From: an uncultured Nitrososphaerota archaeon
GTDB lineage: Archaea > Thermoproteota > Nitrososphaeria > Nitrososphaerales > CADDZS01
DNA length: 64,000 bases
Direction: 5' to 3'
Assembly: GCA_963799845.1 (NCBI GenBank)
Contig: CAWCYI010000006.1
Span: 1,376,001 to 1,440,000 of the forward strand
Of the stretch, positions 31,518-41,519 are shown piece by piece (position 1 is the stretch's first letter; every line of letters begins with the position of its first letter). Below the pieces are notes generated by a model, which did not search any database, was not told the DNA's origin, and worked only from the letters and a program-made list of their open reading frames with translations. The position numbers and the translations under genes are program-made.

Positions 31518-31730
31518 TCGTTTGCTGAATTTGCCCTCAGGCTTTTTAACTTGAAAAATTCCCTTTGTCCATTGAGTTGAAAAAAGGAAACCACCTCGTC
31601 ATTTGTCCCAAATGCTCTCAAGCTTTTCCGATCGATGATATTGTTGCTCATGTTCTTACCCACATGAAGGATCAATCAAAGCCGGTCGAATCAAAACCGT
31701 CCGGCGCATGAAACGCGTTCGAAGCTTGAG

Positions 31731-33045
31731 ATGTCACTCGACAATTTCCTCCACGATCGCTCGGGATACGATGCGCCTTTAACCAAAGGCGATAAGGAAA
31801 AATTCGAGTCCTGGGTCTCGAAAATCCTTTCCGATCCAAAATCGATCGCTTCAACCATCGAAGACGCTCTAAAACAGGGTATGTATTCCGAATGGGAATC
31901 GGAATCTGCGACTCACAAGTTCAAACTAGGTTCCTACTATCCGAGCATGATTGAAAGGTGCCTCCGGGCCCAAGCTTACTCGTACCTGTTTCCTGAACCC
32001 CCGACATCTGAAGAGCTCAGCGATCTTCGCTGAGGGCAAAGCCATCCACGAATTGATCGCCCTTGCTCTGAGAAGATCCGGTCTGATTTCGGTAGAGGGG
32101 AGCGAAGTCGCTGTAGATCTTGAATTCAGCAGCGAGGCAAAGCTTCACGGCAGGATTGATGATTTATTGCTAATTAGAATCAGTGAGGCGGGGGACAACT
32201 TCAAGCTTTTCATTCCACTCGAAATAAAGAGCGCGTCAACTCTTCCGGAGGAACCGAGGCAATCGCACTACTATCAGCTCTCAACTTACTTGCTTGCACA
32301 AGACTATCCTCTGGGAGTATTGCTCTACTGGGCCAAGAGAGAAGGGAGAGTCAAGGCTTTCACCATCCCGAAAGATGAAGTGATGAACGTGGTTCTGAGG
32401 GAGAGGGTCTTCGAGCTGCACGATGCCCTAAAGAAGGGAGATCTACCTCATAAGGAAGCTGCGGCCCTTCGCGATTATGGCCAGTGCGAACGTTGTGCTT
32501 ACGTCGAGAGATGCAACCCATATCTCATAGACTCTATCCCCAAGAATTCGAAAATCGCTTTATTTGATCTCGACAGTACTGTCTTAGACACCTCGCAAAA
32601 GAAGAGAATGATCATGCAAGAGCTCGGACTGCCGACGTCTACAAGGTCATCCGACATACATGATGAAGAGGTCAAGAAAAAATACTGGGAACTCATTGAC
32701 AGTCCTCGTTTTGTCGAGCAGGATTCCGTAATTGTTCAGGGGCGAGAAAAGATCTACGAGCAACAAAAACTCGGTCGAATACCAATCGGAATCTCATCTG
32801 CTCGACGCGATCATCTACTCGAAGCGACTCGCGCTCGGCTGGCAAATTTGGGTGTACCGATATTCCACTTGATCCTCCGCGAGCCTGGAAACTATGATAC
32901 CGATGGTAAATTCAAAACGAAGTGGGCGATGAGGCTCGCGAAAAATTATGACATCGCTGAGTTCTTCGATCGAGATGCTGTAACTAGCTCTTTGGTAACG
33001 AAAGGAGTAGAGGCTTTCAAGAGTAGATCGGTTCAGGACAATTAG
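31731..33045 (+). CDS. solo Cas4-like Fe-S PD-(D/E)XK nuclease fused to a HAD-like domain (one apparent +1 frameshift near 32019)
   Basis: PS....CLR...Y, G..IH, GRIDD, EIKS, QL..Y, CERC.Y...C; C-terminal FDLDSTV. Confidence 0.8.
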
Positions 33046-33103
33046 CATCATGTTACTAGATTTCGTTATCTAGTCCCACGATTCTGATCGTAATTGAGTG
33101 TGA

Positions 33104-33361
33104 TTGAAGCTTTTCGCGATAGAAGGAGTCCCGCAAGATCAACTCGATCTATGCGTTAACAAAATGAGCGAACTGATAAGGTGGTCCAAAGACCAGAAGA
33201 TCGACCGCTGGGCCTTCAGGTCGGCGCTCCTCAAAGCGCTTTACGATGACGCTGACGAATACTTTGAGTCAGGTGAGGGCACTTTCAGAGAGCTTGCAGC
33301 GTTCGACAATGGGGTTGCAACTGCTATGAAGAGCGCAAGGGATTCGAGAGTAAAGGATTGA
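33104..33361 (+). CDS. hypothetical protein
   Basis: 85-aa ORF co-oriented with the Cas4 fusion. Confidence 0.5.
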   Translation: MKLFAIEGVPQDQLDLCVNKMSELIRWSKDQKIDRWAFRSALLKALYDDADEYFESGEGTFRELAAFDNGVATAMKSARDSRVKD

Positions 33362-33369
33362 GGGCAAGA

Positions 33370-33852
33370 CTAACGAGGGACAATGTTTCTTTCCGTCGTA
33401 TCTCCGTCGTGCAGTCTGAGAAGGGATTCAATCTGATCGTATGGAGTCTCTTCAGAAGTACCGTCGATAACAGTCAGCCTGTACAAACTTGCCATTTCAT
33501 TTAGCTGCTTGCTGGATGATTTCACGACGACAAGGCAAGCGTCGGGAGTGCAGTCGTAGGTCTTCAACCGCAATTTTACAAATTCGATCTCCATCGCTCC
33601 GTTGGTGCCTTTCACTTGAAGTAACGAGTCGATGACTAGTTTTTCGCCACTGTCCCGCTTTGTACAGACAAAATCAAAAGTGTGCAGGTCGCCGCTGATG
33701 CCCCTAACCTTCGCCTCCGGCTTACACAAATATCCATAGCCTTCGAATAATTCAGTAATATGACCACGGTTTAGTCCGTGTATATCGGCTGCCGAGCTAT
33801 TCTCTTGGACTCCGATCAAGTCCCCACGCTCAGCTCTATTACTAATGGCCAA
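33370..33852 (-). CDS. restriction-endonuclease-like (Mrr/PD-(D/E)XK fold) protein, probably degenerate
   Basis: GY......VRG.SG..H.FD motif; no clear ExK. Confidence 0.55.
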   Translation of the reverse strand: MAISNRAERGDLIGVQENSSAADIHGLNRGHITELFEGYGYLCKPEAKVRGISGDLHTFDFVCTKRDSGEKLVIDSLLQVKGTNGAMEIEFVKLRLKTYDCTPDACLVVVKSSSKQLNEMASLYRLTVIDGTSEETPYDQIESLLRLHDGDTTERNIVPR

Positions 33853-33991
33853 TGAACTCCACTTCTTTTGTAATTTATCAATCGTTGCAGTGATATTAAA
33901 CCATGGATTCCGAATCAGAAAAATTCGACAGATCCTTTTTTCTGTAAACGGTGAAACTGCCTATACGTGTGATCTCCAGTAATGGAAGATC

Positions 33992-34942
33992 ATGTCACAA
34001 GACGCTTCACCAATGACTTCGCCTGAAATGGAAACCAGGGCAAGAGAGATTCACTCGGCTCTGTCGAACAGCGATTCCCTTCGAATATTCAATCTGGCAG
34101 CGGACGGAATTGATGCTTCTACAAGTGTGTTGGAAAAACACCAGTTTACGAAGAAGCGATACTATGGGCGGCTAAAGGAACTAGTTGACTTGGGACTGAT
34201 TTTCAAAGAAAACGGCGAGTACAAACAGACAAAACTTGGTAGCATGGTTTTTGAAAATCAGGTCAAGAGCCTTGATCAGATCTTACTGGGCAAGTACAAT
34301 CCGGAAACAAGAAAAGATCCGAATAGCGAAGTAAATTCGAGAGAAGACGGGAATCTGCGGGAGGGGCTAATTACGCACCTAGAGGCATCAACCGAAGCAT
34401 CAAATCAGAAACCTGTAGAGTTTTTCGACAGCTGGAACGAGCTCAGCATGCACGTCGCGATAAAGTTCGAGACGATGAAAAAAGAGCTCTATGTCGCCAG
34501 CAGGTACGTGGATTTCAGAACGGCGGACTCCGCCTTGCGGGTCGCAAAGAGGGGCTGTAAGGTAAACATACTCCACAGCAACAGAAATGGTCTCTCGACT
34601 AAACTACAGTTGATGGGGAATCTTATGACGCATCCGAAAGCGCTGAGCGTATTCAAGGAACTCACCACTAACCCAAACGTAGTCTTGCGCGAGGCAACTA
34701 TACCGTTTAGCTTCCTCGTAATAGACGAGAAAAATGTGGGAATTGAAATTGTGAATCCCGAAGACCCGTACTCGTTCTTCTTCGGCCTCGAATTCGACAA
34801 TGAGGATCTGGCAAAGAAACTGATCACCCATTTTACGGAAATATCACGGAATGCGGAAAGAGATACAATTGCAGCAATCATAGAATCGAACAACGCATCT
34901 CTGGAAAAGCAGCCACAGCCTAGCAGTCAGATATTAAGCTAG
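33992..34942 (+). CDS. wHTH transcriptional regulator with TrmB-like effector domain
   Basis: TKKRYY.RL..L...GLI.K..G.Y..T.LG; PFSF.VID...V.IE. Confidence 0.75.
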   Translation: MSQDASPMTSPEMETRAREIHSALSNSDSLRIFNLAADGIDASTSVLEKHQFTKKRYYGRLKELVDLGLIFKENGEYKQTKLGSMVFENQVKSLDQILLGKYNPETRKDPNSEVNSREDGNLREGLITHLEASTEASNQKPVEFFDSWNELSMHVAIKFETMKKELYVASRYVDFRTADSALRVAKRGCKVNILHSNRNGLSTKLQLMGNLMTHPKALSVFKELTTNPNVVLREATIPFSFLVIDEKNVGIEIVNPEDPYSFFFGLEFDNEDLAKKLITHFTEISRNAERDTIAAIIESNNASLEKQPQPSSQILS

Positions 34943-35307
34943 CAACAATTCAATCTGGCAAGTGGTCCATCCAGAGACGCTCGTAGCCAGAACTACAGGA
35001 AAAAATTCACGATCAATCGAAATTGACCCTATAGGATCAATGGTATCAAAAACAATCGACGACTACTGTATCCGGCTCGTTTGTATTTTGCCTTAATCTA
35101 TTGGCCAAAGTCTTCGGGAGCAGCCTGTACCTATCCTGCTCAGACCGTGGGCCGGAATCGAGCTTTCCCTAAAAATAGACTTGGCCTGAGCTTTTCCACT
35201 ATAAAATAACATGCCATATATTCACATGTTCACACGTGAGGAATCGCCGAAAAAATCAGTTCAACGGGATAATACCTATAAAGAATCTGATTGATTTTAC
35301 CGGAACA

Positions 35308-36618
35308 ATGTTCCTTCCGCGATCTTCTGATCCGTCGCAGGAAGAGGCTCAAATCGATCCAAAATCTTATCCGGAAAACTCGTCACCGGGCGAGATGGCG
35401 TTGCTGGATTGCGTTGACAGAGGGTTAGGAATATTTACCAGTGACCAGCAGCGCGAGGTCTATTGGCGGAATGAACTTCTTAAGAAAATGGAAGAAAACG
35501 GTTCAACCGAAAAGAACATTCTCAAAGATCCGGAGGGGTTTCAGAGAGTTATCGAAGATACCTTCGGATTGGGAGCCTGGGCGATTGAGCGGGCGATTAC
35601 CAAGGACGTCAGGAAGCAGTTTGATATTGAATCATCGGAATCTCGAAACCTTGTTTCGGCAATCAATGCTGCGGGCCGGAAGATTTCGGGAGATCAGCAG
35701 GGAAGATCGCAAGTCAAAAATTCCAGCCTTACAGACGTTTCGCAAAAACAGTCGCCACTTTATCACATAAAGGCATTCGCGGTCCTTGCCCGCTCAGAAT
35801 ATAGGGTAACGATGTTTGTCTGGGCCCTGACAACCGCCTACCTGCTAGCTACAGATCTGAAACCGAACCTCGCGCAGCTTGGCGAACTCGTTGTCGCATG
35901 GTATTTTCTGTGCCTCGGAGTTTACGTTTTCAATGCGCTCACGGACGTTGACGAAGACCGTATAGATCACCCCAATAGGCCAATGCCTTCAGGCAAGGTT
36001 TCGATACGTGATGGCTGGATAGTCTTTGGCGCCTCGATAGCAATTGCGTTTGTTGCAAGTTTTTTCATCAACGCGATCTGTTTCATTATGATTCTCGGAA
36101 CTTTCGTGCTGGGAATCGCATACTCGCATCCAAGCATTAGGGCAAAACGGCGATTCCCCCCCAAGATGATTGTTTCAGTTTTGGGAGCAGTGTCTGTCAG
36201 TCTTTGTGGCGGCATCGTGGCGGGGAATGTGGACGGAGCAGTCTATTTTTCTGCGATTTTCTTCGGTCTTTTTGCGATGGTGACTTTGCTGCTCGGTGAC
36301 CTTTCGGATATACCAGGCGACACGGCCTCGGGCATTCGCTCGCTTCCGGTTGTAATCGGGGCACAAAATTCGATATTCGTGATTGCCCTAATCCCACTCG
36401 CAATCGCTTTCATCGGCGTCGCTTTTTTCCGGATGGCGAACCTGAACCCGCTCTTCCCCGTGCTGATTGTAGTAATTGCGGCGTATAGCTCCCTGAGTAT
36501 CATTTCATTGCTCGGGAAATATAATGACTATACTTTCATTAGGCAGGTGAAATCTCGGATGAGGGTCGTCCACTTTATCATCCAGCTTTCCCTAATCGTT
36601 GGATTGCTTGTACTTTAG
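35308..36618 (+). CDS. UbiA-family prenyltransferase (DGGGP-synthase-like) with N-terminal NitrOD5/DUF3227-like domain
   Basis: N...D..EDRI..P.RP.PSG and D..D..GD motifs; N-terminal helical domain similar to 36705..37032. Confidence 0.85.
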   Translation: MFLPRSSDPSQEEAQIDPKSYPENSSPGEMALLDCVDRGLGIFTSDQQREVYWRNELLKKMEENGSTEKNILKDPEGFQRVIEDTFGLGAWAIERAITKDVRKQFDIESSESRNLVSAINAAGRKISGDQQGRSQVKNSSLTDVSQKQSPLYHIKAFAVLARSEYRVTMFVWALTTAYLLATDLKPNLAQLGELVVAWYFLCLGVYVFNALTDVDEDRIDHPNRPMPSGKVSIRDGWIVFGASIAIAFVASFFINAICFIMILGTFVLGIAYSHPSIRAKRRFPPKMIVSVLGAVSVSLCGGIVAGNVDGAVYFSAIFFGLFAMVTLLLGDLSDIPGDTASGIRSLPVVIGAQNSIFVIALIPLAIAFIGVAFFRMANLNPLFPVLIVVIAAYSSLSIISLLGKYNDYTFIRQVKSRMRVVHFIIQLSLIVGLLVL

Positions 36619-36704
36619 CAAGATTTTAGGAATATTTAGCAAATCTTTCGAAGCAACCGTCCGTGAACGGTATAAGCATCCAATCCACAAATGCTGTATA
36701 CCGT

Positions 36705-37032
36705 TTAGATTACCGTAACGCGCTGTATCTTTTGTCTGGCTCCGTCGATAGCCTTGACGATCTCAGTCGTAGAAAAAGTCTAACTCGAATGAAATGTTAA
36801 TCTCCTGAACTATCGCTCTCTCCACTCCAGCTGCGCTCTCGCGATACAATCCTCTCAAAGCGGCGACGAAATTTTCGGGATCGTTGGGAATGTCGGCCCT
36901 CTTTATGTGCCCTATCTTCTGTAGATGCCAGTAGACAAGATTCTTTACATTTGGTCCGACTCTGTCAAGCCCCCTGTCGATGCAAGCCATGATTTGATCG
37001 TCACATGGAATGGACTTTTCTATGACGGACAT
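36705..37032 (-). CDS. NitrOD5/DUF3227-like helical protein (apparent T5 homopolymer frameshift near 36775)
   Basis: CIDRGL...G...VYW.L...I..DPE.F...L......A..VERAI; removing one T extends it to EIVKAIDGARQKI, matching the UbiA N-domain. Confidence 0.7.
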
Positions 37033-37227
37033 TTGATTGAGAAGTAGCTCACTGCTTATAGAAGTCTAACGTTACTAGGACATCGGTTGACGAGTTACAT
37101 TCCTCACATCAGAGACTAATCACGTTCGTTACTTTACGAAAGAGTTCTCAGCACAGGATACTTTTTCCATTATATCGTAACCCGCAATAAATTGGGGCAT
37201 AGGCCGAAATTAAAACAAAAAGTCAGG

Positions 37228-37380
37228 TTATTCTCTTTCCAATTCTCCGTTCATGACTCTCTTTATTGTGGACGCGGCACTTCCGAAAGTCTCGTCAAGG
37301 TCCCTTTCGTGCTCGATTATTATCCTCGCTGCAATTTCGCCAAAGGAATCCGTTAGCCGAGCTTTTTTGGTCTCTTCCAT
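37228..37380 (-). CDS. putative 50-aa protein
   Basis: MEETKKARLTDSFGEIAARIIIEHERDLDETFGSAASTIKRVMNGELERE. Confidence 0.4.
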   Translation of the reverse strand: MEETKKARLTDSFGEIAARIIIEHERDLDETFGSAASTIKRVMNGELERE

Positions 37381-37419
37381 GTTTAAGCTCCGCGCACTCT
37401 TTGAATTAGTTTGTAATAT

Positions 37420-38755
37420 GGTTCTATTGAATCTCTCGGTGTTCTTTTGGTTGTTGAAAACCAGTTAGCCTACGACTCAACTTACTCGCATCGACTTTCA
37501 GGATTACCGCTTCTTTATTGGATTCCTGTACCATTGCTTCAATTGCGAGTCCTTTCGACTGGGCGAACCTCACCCAACCTTTGCGAGATTGGTTCATCAC
37601 CGCAACCAGATCGCGGTTGAACCATTTCTCACAATTCTGACACCAGAGGTGGCGCTTTCTTTCCCTGCTATCTTGGAGTCTCTCCCCGCATTGATAGCAT
37701 CTCGAACTTGTGCCCCTAGTCTCAGATTTTGTCAAGTGGATTATCGGGACTCCACCCCAAGCTGCTTTGTATTCTATCTGACGTTTGATTTCAGCAAAAG
37801 GCCGGTGATTATTCATCTGTCGTCTATAGTCTTTACCCTGCCAGTTCCCTTTGCGGTACATCGAGCGAATATTATTTATGTCCTCGAAGGTAATCGCTGA
37901 TCTTCTCTCAAGCGCATCGAGTACGACTGCCTTTGAGATGACATGCAGAATCCTCTTCACCCGCTCAGTTTTTCTCTTGCCGTATTTTGCTGCGAGCTCG
38001 CGCCTGATCCTGAAATCATTTCTCTTGAAGGACTTCACAGCATCCTTCGTTGTTTCCCCGATCTCAATTACCTGGCTCATGTCATAGTAAGTTACCTTCT
38101 CAGAATTTCCGCCAGTAAGGTTTCTGAGATTCCTATCAACCTCGACTGCGTTTCTTATTTCGAGTTCGGGCACGTCTTTGGAAATGCAAAGGGAGAGAGA
38201 AGATTCAGTCAGCGTGAACGAATTGACTCTCACATCAGTATCTGAAAGGACTTGAAGAGTGTGCCTGGTGAGAGGAATCCAATCGACTTTTCTATTACCT
38301 AAAGGAATTCTCAGCTTGCCGTTGATAATCTTGAAGCCGTAGCAGGAAACGAGGATTAGTTTCTTGAGATATGGATTCTTTGTGTGAAAGCCGCGCCTGA
38401 TAGATTTCTTCCTTGCGGCCAAGATGCCACTGGCTTTCGAATTCGCACAAAGTTTGTGATAAGAGGGAACGTTGTATTGTAGATTCTTGTAGCTGAAATT
38501 ACAGAGCTTCTTCATTGTGGAAACGTCATTGGCAAGGCCGATCCTGATGCAGTCGTTGACCATCTGTCTGAAATTTTGCATTAAACTGAGAATCTCAAGC
38601 GAAGGTTTGTACAACTGTTTTGTTGATTTCCTAGCTAGCAAAGAGGGTTTCATCGAGCAAACCTACTGAAATTTATGGGTTTCATCGTAAGTCGCTGAGC
38701 AACCAAGCGACCAATTTCAACAATCAAAAGAAATACCGAGAGATTCAACAGAACC
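37420..38755 (-). mobile_element. 1336-bp non-autonomous element with IS6-like terminal inverted repeats carrying tnpB
   Basis: 37420-37459 GGTTCTATTGAATCTCTCGGTG-TTCTTTTGGTTGTTGAAA vs reverse complement of 38715-38755 GGTTCTGTTGAATCTCTCGGTATTTCTTTTGATTGTTGAAA (37/41 identical). Confidence 0.8.
37424..38653 (-). CDS. tnpB: TnpB / Cas12f-like RNA-guided endonuclease
   Basis: RuvC I VDRN, RuvC II FEDI, QIEYKA, TSSRCYQC..CQNC zinc finger, RuvC III NRD.VA..N. Confidence 0.93.
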   Translation of the reverse strand: MKPSLLARKSTKQLYKPSLEILSLMQNFRQMVNDCIRIGLANDVSTMKKLCNFSYKNLQYNVPSYHKLCANSKASGILAARKKSIRRGFHTKNPYLKKLILVSCYGFKIINGKLRIPLGNRKVDWIPLTRHTLQVLSDTDVRVNSFTLTESSLSLCISKDVPELEIRNAVEVDRNLRNLTGGNSEKVTYYDMSQVIEIGETTKDAVKSFKRNDFRIRRELAAKYGKRKTERVKRILHVISKAVVLDALERRSAITFEDINNIRSMYRKGNWQGKDYRRQMNNHRPFAEIKRQIEYKAAWGGVPIIHLTKSETRGTSSRCYQCGERLQDSRERKRHLWCQNCEKWFNRDLVAVMNQSRKGWVRFAQSKGLAIEAMVQESNKEAVILKVDASKLSRRLTGFQQPKEHREIQ

Positions 38756-38980
38756 TGATATTATAGTATTTTGAAAGAATGCACAATTTGCGAATTGGTA
38801 ACAATATGATCCAAGTTCATTGGGCAAGAATTGGGGTGGGTGAAAAATCAAGTTGCACGGGACGGGACTGCAACAGGGCGGTTAGCTTGACGTTACTAAA
38901 TGATTGTTAGGCAAGCGCACACTTAAATAGGTAGGCTCGGCGTACTATTCCCTTTGAGCCTAAGAAGTGGTGTTGATTTG

Positions 38981-39184
38981 ATGGAACAGCAAAGTCAATA
39001 TGAGGCCAGCAGTGCTTCCGTTAAGATGGAAACTTGCCCTGAATGCGGTGGCTCCTTCACCCAAAAGGGCTATCTTGACCACCTTTTTGCGAAGAGAGAC
39101 TGTATGCGAAAGTACTGGGAAGAAGAAGAGAAAAACCACATTTCTCGGCTTCGACACAGGACTGCTCGCAGCATCGTTAGGTAA
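38981..39184 (+). CDS. small zinc-finger protein
   Basis: CPECG..F....YLDH......C. Confidence 0.55.
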   Translation: MEQQSQYEASSASVKMETCPECGGSFTQKGYLDHLFAKRDCMRKYWEEEEKNHISRLRHRTARSIVR

Positions 39185-39332
39185 GATAGATCGGGCGTTT
39201 TTTAGCCCACTTCTTTTTCCTTTCGACAAACTTTCACTTTAGCTTGTATTTCCTTCACATGACTACTTTCTTGATCCTTTAGATTTCTTGTTCAGGAAAC
39301 TGCTATTAGCATGGGAATGAGAAAAAAGGACC

Positions 39333-39773
39333 ATGGCAGCACAAAGAAAAGTCGATGTTGTTTGGGATGGAGACCTGCTGAATGGGAACGGTCGTGTCAA
39401 GATAGCGTCCGGCGCCATACCAGAATTTCCGGTAACTTGGGCGTCAAGGACAGAACAACCCGCGGGAAAAACCAGCCCCGAGGAGCTTTTGGCCGCTGCT
39501 CACGCAAGTTGCTTTGCAATGGCATTTTCTGCCACGCTGGCGAGAAATCGTACGCCCCCAAAAAGACTCCAAGTCACCGCCACCTCCACATTTGACAAGG
39601 TCGGCGACGGATGGAAAGTAACCAAAATGGAGCTGAACGTCGTAGGTAATGTACCTGGCCTGGATCAGCAGAAATTCTCCGAGCTCGCGATAGCGGGAGA
39701 AAAGGGATGTCCAATATCGAACGCCCTAAGAAATAACGTTGAGATTACGGTTAATTCTAAATTAGAGCAATGA
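39333..39773 (+). CDS. osmC: OsmC-family peroxiredoxin
   Basis: W.G.L..G.G, SPEELLAAAHASCF.MA, CPISNAL. Confidence 0.93.
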   Translation: MAAQRKVDVVWDGDLLNGNGRVKIASGAIPEFPVTWASRTEQPAGKTSPEELLAAAHASCFAMAFSATLARNRTPPKRLQVTATSTFDKVGDGWKVTKMELNVVGNVPGLDQQKFSELAIAGEKGCPISNALRNNVEITVNSKLEQ

Positions 39774-39788
39774 GTTCAAGTCCTGCGC

Positions 39789-40476
39789 CTAAGTTGCCTT
39801 GGCCTCTTCTTCAAGTTTCAGGAGTTTGGCCGGATCTCCGAGGACGAGAAGGGTGTCGTTCTCCCTTGGGGTGAAGGAGGGATTGTAAGCGTCCTTTACC
39901 ACGAGATCATCCCTAACGACACCGATAACGGCGGCAAATTTCGAGACTTCCTGCAATCCCTTTCCATGACATAGTCAAGCCCGATATCCTCAAGCTTCTG
40001 TGCGACATGTTTTCCAAGATGGCTGTATCCGAACACGATGACGTGGTTTTTCAACCTCGTAATCATCTTCCCGTCCGCCTCAGCCTTTGCCAGATCACCA
40101 TTCACGATGTTACTGACAGCCCCCTGCAATATCGATGCGCCGGCACCCACTGACACAATTATCATTATAATTAGGAGAACCGCCTCGCCGCCGGCATCGT
40201 GATAAAGTTCCCGTTGTTCGGAACATAGAGGCCGATCGTCGTAATCGTCGATACGGAAGCGAGCAACGCGCTGAGAAGCGGAAGATGACCATAGTAAGAG
40301 AAGATCGCAGCACCCGACAGAAACATTCCCATCAATATTACGAGCTGGCGATAGATCGCCTTCAGGAAAACAACCGGCCCGTAGATTGATTGGTAAAAAA
40401 AGAAAAGTTAGTTTGCGACTCTCCTTTTTCTTCGCTTGATCGGTCCGGTAGCGAAAATATCGTCGCTAGCACTCAT
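39789..40476 (-). pseudogene. degraded MthK/TrkA-type K+ channel (pore plus partial RCK)
   Basis: STITTIGLY pore; NHVIVFGY..LG RCK-N start; in another frame RENDTLLVLGDP RCK-C; most of RCK-N is deleted and there are frameshifts. Confidence 0.75.
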
Positions 40477-40530
40477 TTACTGAAAACAATTTTTTGTAAA
40501 ACTATTACATCTTTCGGGAAAATTACAAAC

Positions 40531-41490
40531 TCAGTAGTAACGCGTCTTCTGTTTGGTTGATTTCCCTATGTAGTGCCCAGCGACCAAGCCCGCAACCGCC
40601 CCTCCAAGATGCGCAAATACGTCGACCCCTCCGGTGAAAGTGCTGATGATGAAGATGAACAGGAACCAAATTACAAGCGATTGATTGAATTTGCCGTTTC
40701 GGGCGTGATCAACTGTCACGGCACCCGCCAATAATCCAAATATTCCGCCGGAAGCTCCAAAACTTATCGTGGGTCCAGGAAAAAGGAAGAGGCTTAGTAC
40801 GTTTCCCACTACGCCGGTCAATATGAATACATAGTAATATTCCCTTGCAGTATAGGAAGCACGGAAAAGGCCATCGAGCCAAATAACTGCAAAGGCGTTG
40901 AAAGCTACGTCGGTAAGCCCGGAGAGGCCCGGAACGACTACGATCATGGAAGTGAAAATCGGTACGATCCATCCGGTGAACACTATCACATTGAACTGGG
41001 CTAGAAAATACACCAGCGGAGTCTGACCGTTAGAGAAATATGGAGCGCTCGGAGCATAATATATCGAGATAAAATATAGGGGGATCCCGATCAGAAGACC
41101 GGCGACAATCGCTATCGCAAGGTTTCTTCCCTGCTTTGATACGTTGATCGTAAAGCCGCCTTGACGCTGCGGCGAACTGTCGCTCCTAGAGTAGTAGCCT
41201 CCCCCCGTGGAGTAATATGGACTCGCAGTCGAATTCGGGATATTCCTGCGAAGCGGACTGCTCTTGCAAAGATGGTTCTCGGGGAGTCGATGCTCGTAGC
41301 AAAAGTCCTGCCCGCAATACCTGCATCGAAAATAGTACGCGTCCTCGCCCACGAGCGGTTTGGAGCAGTACGAACACTTCTTGACATCCGCTGATACGGC
41401 CTTGTCTGAACTGACAAGCTGGACTCCGCAGCTCTTGCAATAAGCTGCGTCGTCGGGATTCTCCATCCCGCAGTTCTGGCAGATGATCAA
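40531..41490 (-). CDS. rhomboid protease with N-terminal zinc ribbon and AN1 zinc finger
   Basis: CQNCG..CKSCG; CRYCGQDFC.EHRLPENH.C; GASGGIFG, AHLGG. Confidence 0.92.
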   Translation of the reverse strand: MIICQNCGMENPDDAAYCKSCGVQLVSSDKAVSADVKKCSYCSKPLVGEDAYYFRCRYCGQDFCYEHRLPENHLCKSSPLRRNIPNSTASPYYSTGGGYYSRSDSSPQRQGGFTINVSKQGRNLAIAIVAGLLIGIPLYFISIYYAPSAPYFSNGQTPLVYFLAQFNVIVFTGWIVPIFTSMIVVVPGLSGLTDVAFNAFAVIWLDGLFRASYTAREYYYVFILTGVVGNVLSLFLFPGPTISFGASGGIFGLLAGAVTVDHARNGKFNQSLVIWFLFIFIISTFTGGVDVFAHLGGAVAGLVAGHYIGKSTKQKTRYY

Positions 41491-41519
41491 GGGCGGACGC
41501 TCTCTAAAAAATGGTGAAA

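Noticed and set aside
37412-38763. 8-bp target duplication around the tnpB element
   Set aside because: The flanks TGTAATAT and TGATATTA do not match as direct repeats.
31000-39000. CRISPR array linked to the Cas4-like or TnpB gene
   Set aside because: No regularly spaced direct repeats were seen in the intergenic regions.
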